Below are positions 16,131 to 23,143 of a DNA stretch of 34,540 nt, one piece after another. Source of the DNA: Clostridia bacterium. Lineage in GTDB: Bacteria; Bacillota; Clostridia; Christensenellales; UBA1242. Where the stretch lies: assembly GCA_017456465.1 (NCBI GenBank), contig JAFTJJ010000014.1:1-34540 (forward strand), written 5' to 3'. The position numbers and the translations under genes were made by a program. The notes under the pieces were generated by a model. That model was not told where the DNA came from. It saw only the letters and a list, made by a program, of their open reading frames with translations, and searched no databases. Numbering within the stretch: the first letter of the stretch is position 1; each line of letters begins with the position of its first letter.

Positions 16131-16152
16131 TTTGATTTTTGTTTTTTATTTA

Positions 16153-16182
16153 ACAGAGCCCGAAATGGGGTTCTGTTTTTTT
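16153..16182 (+). terminator. Rho-independent terminator
   Basis: ACAGAGCCC pairs with GGGTTCTGT (one G-U pair), followed by T7. Confidence 0.75.
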
Positions 16183-16219
16183 GTTTTCAATAAATTTGAT
16201 TAAATATGCTTAAATTTGT

Positions 16220-16248
16220 TTGACAATATGAATATTGGTTCATATACT
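16220..16248 (+). promoter_or_regulatory. Sigma-A promoter with an embedded ArsR/SmtB-type operator palindrome
   Basis: TTGACA (16220-16225), 17-nt spacer, TATACT (16243-16248). The spacer carries ATATGAA-TATTGG-TTCATAT (16226-16245), a 7-6-7 inverted repeat of the TGAA/TTCA type seen in CzrA/CadC operators. Confidence 0.6.
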
Positions 16249-16293
16249 ATAGTGTGTAAATTACTAAAAACCAAGCAAAATCGGAGGATGAAA

Positions 16294-16647
16294 ATGAATT
16301 ATAAGGCTATTGAAGAGAATATGAAAATTGAAAGGATGGATTTTTTAAAACAACTCATTTTGGATGAAAACATTTCAAAAAAACTTTCTGAGTTTTACAA
16401 GGTGATTGGTGATGGAACAAGACTTAAAATTTTGTATGCTCTTTCAATGCAGAGCCTGTGTGTGCACGAAATTGTTTCACTCATTGGAATTTCTCAGTCG
16501 CTTGCATCACACCAATTGTCTGTTCTCAAAAAACATCGCTTGGTTTCCGTGAAAAGACGAAAAAATGAAAGTGTTTATACGCTTGCTGATGCACATGTTG
16601 CAGAACTTTTGAATCTTGCGATTATTCACTTAATGGAGGAGAAATAA
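16294..16647 (+). CDS. ArsR/SmtB family metalloregulator with an intact alpha-5 (Zn-type) site
   Basis: The wHTH reads LCVHEIVSLIGISQSLASHQLSVLKKHRLV. The C-terminal DAHVAELLNLAIIHLME has D-x-H-x10-H-x2-E spacing, as in SmtB/CzrA alpha-5 sites. ATG 16294 lies 6 nt after GGAGG. Confidence 0.8.
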   Translation: MNYKAIEENMKIERMDFLKQLILDENISKKLSEFYKVIGDGTRLKILYALSMQSLCVHEIVSLIGISQSLASHQLSVLKKHRLVSVKRRKNESVYTLADAHVAELLNLAIIHLMEEK

Positions 16648-16653
16648 AGGGCC

Positions 16654-18786
16654 ATGAAACTTGAATATAAACTTGGGCGCATTCACTGCGCGGGCTGCGC
16701 GCAAGCTTTGGAAGAAATTCTCTCAAAAGTTGAAGGCGTGGAGTCCGTGAGTCTCAACTTCATTTCAAACATGGTGTGTTTCGAAATTCAAAGCAAAAAC
16801 CACAAAGAAATTGAAGAAAACATCAAAAAAGCAATCCACAAGTTTGATCACAACATTGAAATTTTGGATCCACATGCAGAAGAAAAAGCTCAAAAACGTG
16901 AAGAAATCAAAAAAGCATTACATTTTGTCAGCATTCTTGTGAGCGTTGCCATCATGGTTTGCTTGATTGCTCTCAAAATGAATTTTTATCTTGAGCTTGG
17001 TCTTGCAATCTTTGCCTATGCACTCGTCGGGTGGAACATCTGTCTGAACGCGGTTTTAAACATTTTCAAAGGCAAAGTTTTGGACGAAAATTTTTTGATG
17101 ACTGTTGCCACGATTGGGGCATTCGTTCTCGGCGAGTTTTCTGAAGCTGTGGGCGTTATGGTTTTTTACCAAATTGGTGAAATATTCCAAAATCTTGCTG
17201 TCAAAAACTCTGAGCGAGCAATCAAAAGCATTGCTTCTGTCAAGGAGTCGAGGGCTTGTTTGGTGCTTGACAACGCTGAAATGGATGTAACTCTTGACAA
17301 AGTGTCAGTTGGAGACATCATTCGAGTGAAAGTTGGCGAAAGAATTCCTCTTGATGGTGTCATTTGTGAGGGTGAAACTTATTTGAACACTTCGGCATTG
17401 ACAGGTGAGTCTCAGGAAAAATTTGTGAAAGTTGGCGATGATGTTTTGTCTGGATCAATAGTGACCAGTGCTGTTGTTTTGATTGAAGTGACAAAGCTTG
17501 AACATGAAAGCACAGTTTCCAAAATTGTCGAACTTGTCGAAAAATCAAGCATGAACAAATCAAAAACTGAAAAATTCATTTCAAAGTTCTCAAAATATTA
17601 CACACCAGTTGTGGTTGGTCTTGCACTTGTTCTAGGGTTTATTGTTCCTGCGTTTTGGGCTTATGCAAACTGGAATGAATGGTTGTACCGTGCACTTGTG
17701 TTCTTGGTGGTTTCTTGTCCTTGCGCGCTCGTAATCTCTGTTCCTCTTTCATTTTTTGCGGGAGTTGGGGCAGCAGCAAGAAATGGTGTGCTTGTCAAGG
17801 GTGCAAATTTCCTTGAAGCACTGAGCCAATCAAAAACCTTTGTGTTTGACAAAACAGGAACTTTGACTTATGGCTCATTCAAAGTTACAAATATTCATGC
17901 TGAAGACGACAAGACTGAGGATGAAATTTTGGAGTTTGTTGCTTACGCCGAGAATTTTTCGAATCACAGAATTGCAAAGTCAATTGTTGAAGAGTACAAA
18001 TCAAAAACGGGAAAAGACATCAATTTTGCTTGGATCAATGGAGCAAATGAAATCCCGGGTGAGGGTGTGTCTGCAAACATCTTCAGCATTGATTGTTTGG
18101 TTGGAAATGCAAAGCTGATGAAAGACAATGGAGTCAAGTTTGTTGAACATGACAGCCCGTTCACTGTGGTTTATCTTGCACAAAATGGAACATTCGCTGG
18201 CTGGGTTGAAATCCAAGATCAAATCAGAAAAGAAGCACCAAGCTCAATTCAGACGCTCAAAGAACTTGGGGCTGAAAACATTTCAATGTTCACGGGTGAC
18301 AGCGCAGCAGTTGCAAAAGTTGTTGCTGAAAAAATTGGCGTGGATTGTTATCACGCGGACTTGCTTCCTGAGGGGAAAGTTGAAAAACTCTATGAGCACA
18401 TTGAAAATGGCAAAAAACTTGTCTTTGTTGGCGATGGAATCAACGATGCGCCAATTCTTTCAACTGTTGATGTCGGAATTGCAATGGGTGGCATAGGGTC
18501 TGACATCGCTGTTGAATCTGCCGATGTTGTCATCATGGATGATGACTTGTCAAAAATTCCACTTGGGGTGATGATTGCAAAAAGGACAAAAAGAATTGTG
18601 ACAGAAAACATTGTCCTTTCTCTTGGGGTCAAGGTTGTTGTTTTGATTCTTGCAAGCCTTGGTCTTTCCAACATGTGGCTTGGCGTGTTTGCGGATGTTG
18701 GAGTTGCTCTTCTTGCAGTCTTGAATGCGATCCGTGCACTCATTGTTCCAAGAAAATATAAACATAAACTGGACAAACAAAAATAA
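16654..18786 (+). CDS. cadA: P1B-type heavy-metal translocating ATPase, Zn/Cd/Pb (P1B-2-like)
   Basis: HMA domain with CAGC, plus CPC in the TM segment, DKTGTLT, GDGINDAP, N-x7-K (ENIVLSLGVK) and the ADVG motif in the last TM segments. Confidence 0.9.
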   Translation: MKLEYKLGRIHCAGCAQALEEILSKVEGVESVSLNFISNMVCFEIQSKNHKEIEENIKKAIHKFDHNIEILDPHAEEKAQKREEIKKALHFVSILVSVAIMVCLIALKMNFYLELGLAIFAYALVGWNICLNAVLNIFKGKVLDENFLMTVATIGAFVLGEFSEAVGVMVFYQIGEIFQNLAVKNSERAIKSIASVKESRACLVLDNAEMDVTLDKVSVGDIIRVKVGERIPLDGVICEGETYLNTSALTGESQEKFVKVGDDVLSGSIVTSAVVLIEVTKLEHESTVSKIVELVEKSSMNKSKTEKFISKFSKYYTPVVVGLALVLGFIVPAFWAYANWNEWLYRALVFLVVSCPCALVISVPLSFFAGVGAAARNGVLVKGANFLEALSQSKTFVFDKTGTLTYGSFKVTNIHAEDDKTEDEILEFVAYAENFSNHRIAKSIVEEYKSKTGKDINFAWINGANEIPGEGVSANIFSIDCLVGNAKLMKDNGVKFVEHDSPFTVVYLAQNGTFAGWVEIQDQIRKEAPSSIQTLKELGAENISMFTGDSAAVAKVVAEKIGVDCYHADLLPEGKVEKLYEHIENGKKLVFVGDGINDAPILSTVDVGIAMGGIGSDIAVESADVVIMDDDLSKIPLGVMIAKRTKRIVTENIVLSLGVKVVVLILASLGLSNMWLGVFADVGVALLAVLNAIRALIVPRKYKHKLDKQK

Positions 18787-18798
18787 AACTGCTATAAT
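18770..18798 (+). promoter_or_regulatory. Putative extended -10 promoter for argS, embedded in the 3' end of the ATPase gene
   Basis: TGGACA (18770-18775), 17-nt spacer, TGcTATAAT (18790-18798). Confidence 0.5.
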
Positions 18799-18833
18799 CC
18801 TTTTGAAATAGTATTTTCAAGAGGATTTTTTTT
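18797..18833 (+). terminator. Rho-independent terminator of the metal-efflux operon
   Basis: A 12-bp stem, ATCCTTTTGAAA (18797-18808) pairing with TTTCAAGAGGAT (18815-18826), is followed by T8 running straight into ATG 18834. Confidence 0.7.
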
Positions 18834-20594
18834 ATGGATTTGGTTAGTGAAATTTTTGATGCAATAAGGCTTGGCTTCGACAAAACGGGCGTGAAAGAAA
18901 CAAAGGTTACAGTCGTTTATTCAGCTCGTCCTGAACTTGCGGATTTTCAATGCAACTCTGTTTTTCAAGCAGCAAAAGAGTTGGGGGCAAAGCCTCTTGA
19001 ACTTGCTGAAAAAATTGTTCAAAACATTCCTGCTGTGGATGGTTTTGAATTTTCTGTGTGCCCTCCAGCTTTCATCAATGTCAAAGTTTCAGACAAAAGA
19101 CTCTCAAGTGAACTCAACCGCAGAAACTCAGACATCCTTCTTGGACTCAAGCAAACACAAAACCCTCTCACTGTTGTCATGGATTATGGCGGGGCAAATG
19201 TCGCAAAAGAACTTCACATTGGACATTTGAGAAGCCCTCTCATTGGTGAAGCGCTTGCAAGACTTTATCGTTTGCATGGACACAAAGTCATCACCGACAC
19301 ACACCTTGGAGACTATGGTCTTCAGATGGGGTTGACTGTTGCTCAGCTTGAAGATGAGGGCTATTTAAATGGCTACTTTGATTCATCAAAACAAAACTTG
19401 GAAATTTCTCTTGAAGATTTGAATCGTGCATATCCCGCAGCATCAAAGAGGAAAGATGTTGAGCCTGAGTTCAGAAAAAAGGCAGAGGATTACACACTGT
19501 TCATTCAAAACAAAAAAGAACCATATTTCACCATCTACAAAGACATCAGAAACATTTCAATTGAAAAAATCAAAAAGAACTATGGCGAACTCAATTGCTT
19601 CTTTGATCTTTGGTATGGCGAAAGCACTGCAGCGCCTTACATTCCTGAAACAATCAATGCCTTTGTTTCACAAGGTCTTGCAAGAGAAAGTGATGGGGCA
19701 CTTGTGGTCGATGTTGCAGTTGATGGCGAAAACATCCCAACCGACAAACTTGACGAAAATGGCAAAGTTCTTTTCAAAAACCCAATGCCTCCAATGATTC
19801 TCAAGAAACATAACGGCGCAGATATGTATGCCACCAGTGATGTTGCTTGCATCATGCAACGAAACCGAGACTTTGCACCAGACAAGATCATTTACATTGT
19901 CGATTTCAGACAAAACAAACACTTCACACAGGTCTTCAGAGCTTCAAAACTTGCCGGAATTTCTCCAGAATCACAAGAACTCATTCATGTTGGTTTTGGA
20001 ACAATCAATGGCAAGGATGGCAAGGCGTTCAAAACTCGTGAGGGAACAACCATCAAACTTGAAGACATCATTTCAATGATCAAATCCAAGGCTGCCGAAA
20101 AACTTTCTGAAAATGGAATTGTCGGTGATGATGAACTTGCTCGTCAAATTGGCGTCGCAGCTTTGAAGTTTGGTGATCTTTCAAATGTGGTTTCAAAGGA
20201 TTATGTTTTTGATCTTGATCGCTTTGCGTCGTTTGAAGGAAAGACAGGGCCTTACATTCAGTACACATGCGCAAGAATCAATTCACTCCTTGAAAAAGCA
20301 AATGAAAAGCCATCTGAAATTGACATCACAACATCAGAAGAGCGAGGGGTTGCTTTTGCACTTTTAAAACTCACCGACAGTTATTACCTTGCACAAAATC
20401 AAAACTCCCTTCACACAGTTTGCGCATGCCTCTATGATCTTGCAAGTGCATTCTCTGTGCTTTACAACAACATCAAGATCAACAGTGCTGAAACCACAAA
20501 GAAAAGAAAATATCTCGCAATCACCCAGCTTGTTCACAAAGCGCTCGCACAAGGACTTTATGTTCTTGGAATGGACATGCCAAACAAAATGTAG
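18834..20594 (+). CDS. argS: Arginine--tRNA ligase
   Basis: 586 aa. Class I HIGH motif (AKELHIGHLRS), ArgRS N-terminal domain and a DALR-type C-terminus. Confidence 0.9.
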   Translation: MDLVSEIFDAIRLGFDKTGVKETKVTVVYSARPELADFQCNSVFQAAKELGAKPLELAEKIVQNIPAVDGFEFSVCPPAFINVKVSDKRLSSELNRRNSDILLGLKQTQNPLTVVMDYGGANVAKELHIGHLRSPLIGEALARLYRLHGHKVITDTHLGDYGLQMGLTVAQLEDEGYLNGYFDSSKQNLEISLEDLNRAYPAASKRKDVEPEFRKKAEDYTLFIQNKKEPYFTIYKDIRNISIEKIKKNYGELNCFFDLWYGESTAAPYIPETINAFVSQGLARESDGALVVDVAVDGENIPTDKLDENGKVLFKNPMPPMILKKHNGADMYATSDVACIMQRNRDFAPDKIIYIVDFRQNKHFTQVFRASKLAGISPESQELIHVGFGTINGKDGKAFKTREGTTIKLEDIISMIKSKAAEKLSENGIVGDDELARQIGVAALKFGDLSNVVSKDYVFDLDRFASFEGKTGPYIQYTCARINSLLEKANEKPSEIDITTSEERGVAFALLKLTDSYYLAQNQNSLHTVCACLYDLASAFSVLYNNIKINSAETTKKRKYLAITQLVHKALAQGLYVLGMDMPNKM

Positions 20595-20686
20595 TGTGGT
20601 TGAATGCTTTTCAATTAAAGAAACATTTGCATGAAAAACAAAGATTACAGATTTGAAAATAAATTGTTGTCAAATTGGGATAAATT

Positions 20687-21256
20687 ATGAAAAAATTATT
20701 ACTTCATTCATGTTGTGCGCCGTGCTCAACAGCTGTGATTGAAAGACTGCTTGCGGACATGCCTGACACTGAAATTTTGGTTTATTATTACAATCCAAAC
20801 ATTTATCCAGAAGCAGAATATCAAAAACGCAAAAATGAACAAATCAGATATATTGGACTTTTGAACTCACCGCGCGTCAAATTTGTTGACGCTGATTATG
20901 TCCCAGAGGATTATTTTCGCTCAGTTGAGGGTCTTGAAAATGAGAAAGAGGGTGGATCAAGGTGTGCAAAGTGCTTTTATTTGAGACTTCTTGAAACATG
21001 CTTCAAGGCAAAAGATGAGGGGGCTGACATGTTTGGAACAACTCTCACAGTGAGCCCACACAAAAATGCTGATCTCATCAATGCAATTGGATGCCAAATT
21101 TCCGCAATGTTCGGTGTTGAGTTTTTGGTTGCAGACTTCAAAAAGAAAGATGGTTACAAGCGCAGCGTAACCCTTTCAAAAGAAAACGACATTTACAGAC
21201 AAAATTATTGCGGATGCAAGTTTTCAATTTGGGATGGGGCGGTGCTTCCAGAATAA
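20687..21256 (+). CDS. queH: Epoxyqueuosine reductase QueH (DUF208)
   Basis: The N-terminal LLHSCCAPCS and C-terminal YCGC Cys clusters, and the ~190-aa length, are typical of QueH. Confidence 0.85.
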   Translation: MKKLLLHSCCAPCSTAVIERLLADMPDTEILVYYYNPNIYPEAEYQKRKNEQIRYIGLLNSPRVKFVDADYVPEDYFRSVEGLENEKEGGSRCAKCFYLRLLETCFKAKDEGADMFGTTLTVSPHKNADLINAIGCQISAMFGVEFLVADFKKKDGYKRSVTLSKENDIYRQNYCGCKFSIWDGAVLPE

Positions 21257-21276
21257 AATCAAGGAGGAACATTGAT

Positions 21277-21882
21277 GTGTCAAAAACCAAAACTATCTTA
21301 AAAAGAATATTTTGTGTTATGTTGTTTGTTGTTCTTCTTCCAATCATCCTTGTTCTCTTGATCATCAAGGCAATTTCCAAAAAATCACGACAAAAATTAT
21401 ATTTCAAAAACAAGATTTCAGGCAGAAAACTTGTGATGACAACAACAGTTGACACACTTGACAAAATGGAGGATTTTGAACTTGGTGATTTTTTCAAATA
21501 CCTCTTCTTTTATCAGGGGTTTTCAACAAAAAAATTGGACACCATCAAAAATTGTTTGGTGCTTGAGAAAAACAACCGCTTGTTCTTGATGATGCACTCC
21601 AAAAGCAAACAATCCAAACATGAAAAACTTGTTTCAAAACTTGCAGAGGCAATGGCTCAAAACAACATTCAAACGGGCATCTATGTCACTTCTGCAAACA
21701 TTGGTGAACAATTCAAAATCCAACAAAAGACAAATGGCATTGACATAATTGACAGACCAGCCTTGGCTCTTCTCATCCAAAATGTTTCAAAAGAACTTCA
21801 AAATGGATCGTTTGTGTTTGACCAAGACTCTGACAAACCAGTTGATGAACTTCTTGAAAAAATGTATCCAAACAGCATCTGA
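21277..21882 (+). CDS. Membrane-anchored protein with a restriction-endonuclease-like (Mrr_cat-type) C-terminal domain
   Basis: GTG 21277 lies 9 nt after AAGGAGG (21261-21267); the ORF-track start 21208 lies inside queH. There is one N-terminal TM segment (FCVMLFVVLLPIILVLLII). The pattern that follows is FELGDFFKYLFFYQGF...LVLEKNN...HSKSK...GIYVTSANIGEQF...IDIIDRPALALLI. Confidence 0.5.
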   Translation: MSKTKTILKRIFCVMLFVVLLPIILVLLIIKAISKKSRQKLYFKNKISGRKLVMTTTVDTLDKMEDFELGDFFKYLFFYQGFSTKKLDTIKNCLVLEKNNRLFLMMHSKSKQSKHEKLVSKLAEAMAQNNIQTGIYVTSANIGEQFKIQQKTNGIDIIDRPALALLIQNVSKELQNGSFVFDQDSDKPVDELLEKMYPNSI

Positions 21883-21900
21883 TGATGTTTTAATTTGCGA

Positions 21901-21936
21901 TTGCAGGCGATTTTGCCTGCAATTATTTGTTTTTTC
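21901..21936 (+). terminator. Rho-independent terminator
   Basis: TTGCAGGC (21901-21908) pairs with GCCTGCAA (21915-21922), followed by a T-rich tail. Confidence 0.7.
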
Positions 21937-22036
21937 TTGTGAAAACATGGCAAATGTTCGATGCTTTGTCAAAACTTTGTCATGGGCTGAGTAATTAATT
22001 TGTCCCTTGCATAAACTAGCACCATGGGAGAAATTT

Positions 22037-22792
22037 ATGTTTGAACTCACTATTGAATCCAATTACTTGCACGAGGATGCTGTTCTTGCTGCAAAAAACT
22101 TTCTTTTGCCAACTGTTCAAGATATGGGTGGTGTGATTGTTTGTGGCAACACACATGGACGAATTCAGATTGCTCTTGCTGTTCCGATTTCAAAGAAGCA
22201 TGTCATCAAAAGCATTGTTCTTGATGTGGCTGCAGACGCAATTGTTTCAATTTTCAAAAGACAACACTTGGATGACGCAATTCATGGCGCTTTTCTCTCT
22301 TCGGAAACCAGATCATCTCTCTTGTCTGCGCTTTCGGAGTTTGACAGGGAAACTGATGTCAACCTTGCAAAAAAACACTTGGTTTTTTCAAACTGCATTT
22401 TGCTTGACAGCACATACTTTTTTAAGATGCAAGAACTTCGTGACAGATGGGATGAAGTGGCAGTCCTTGTTTCAAACAACCTTCCAAATTTGATTGCGGG
22501 CGACGCAGTCATTGAAATGATGAAATTCTTAATCAAAACAACACCAAGCAAAACACCAGAGGTCTATTTGTCTCTTTTGGATGATGGAAAACTCTCGGTT
22601 GTTTCAAAAAACCCACAAAGATCATGCCTTCAACTTTTTGACAAAACATCTGAGGATTTTGAGGAAAAATTTATTTCATTTTTGATCTCGCTTGCTCCAA
22701 AACGGATTTTTGTAACTCACAAACTCAAAAGCTGTCTTTCTTGCATGGAAAAAATCCAAAATCTTTTTGAAGACAAAATATTCACAACATAA
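22037..22792 (+). CDS. ytxC: YtxC-like protein (call based on synteny)
   Basis: 251 aa. ATG 22037 lies 6 nt after GGGAG. It sits immediately upstream of the thrS T-box leader, as ytxC does in Bacillus and Clostridia. I cannot verify sequence similarity by eye. Confidence 0.45.
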   Translation: MFELTIESNYLHEDAVLAAKNFLLPTVQDMGGVIVCGNTHGRIQIALAVPISKKHVIKSIVLDVAADAIVSIFKRQHLDDAIHGAFLSSETRSSLLSALSEFDRETDVNLAKKHLVFSNCILLDSTYFFKMQELRDRWDEVAVLVSNNLPNLIAGDAVIEMMKFLIKTTPSKTPEVYLSLLDDGKLSVVSKNPQRSCLQLFDKTSEDFEEKFISFLISLAPKRIFVTHKLKSCLSCMEKIQNLFEDKIFTT

Positions 22793-22815
22793 AAATTTTA
22801 TTTTTATTTTTCCAA

Positions 22816-22844
22816 TTGACAAATAGAAAAAACAGTTATATAAT
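22816..22844 (+). promoter_or_regulatory. Consensus sigma-A promoter of the thrS leader
   Basis: TTGACA (22816-22821), 17-nt spacer, TATAAT (22839-22844). Confidence 0.75.
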
Positions 22845-22849
22845 GACTT

Positions 22850-23106
22850 CAGTAACATCTTTTCCATGTGGACAAGTAGTTCATGCAGCTATTCTATTAA
22901 ATTTTTCAAGAGAGTGTGGGTCCTGGGCTGGAAGCCTGCACATAGAGCGCATGAGTCGAAACCACCACGAATGGAAACTTGTGAAAATTCTGCTAAAGAG
23001 TGGCTGGAAAAAAATCCAGCAAGTAAGGTGGAACCACGGAAAACACAAATTTTCGTCCTTACGGCAAATCAGCAAAAAAGTCTGGTTGTCGTTTAAGGAC
23101 TTTTTT
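22850..23106 (+). promoter_or_regulatory. T-box riboswitch leader, Thr specifier (ACC)
   Basis: An AGTA-like box (~22879), an AGAGAG box (~22906) and a specifier context GAA-ACC-A (22958-22964). Stem III is GCTGGA/TCCAGC (23003-23020). The T-box sequence is AAGGTGGAACCACGG (23025-23039). The terminator is GTCCTTA (23055-23061) pairing with TAAGGAC (23094-23100), then T6. Confidence 0.85.
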
Positions 23107-23143
23107 ATTGCAAAAAACATAAATTAACAAAAGGGGAAAAGAC

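Noticed and set aside
20595-20686. A preQ1 or other queuosine-related riboswitch upstream of queH
   Set aside because: The 92-nt spacer lacks the preQ1-I/II conserved cores, and only a weak 5-bp hairpin (TTGAA/TTCAA) is present.
22816-23127. ORFs 22816..23127 (+), 22866..23096 (+) and 22881..23120 (-)
   Set aside because: All fall inside the thrS T-box leader. The first would start at the -35 hexamer of the promoter. The region is explained by RNA structure.
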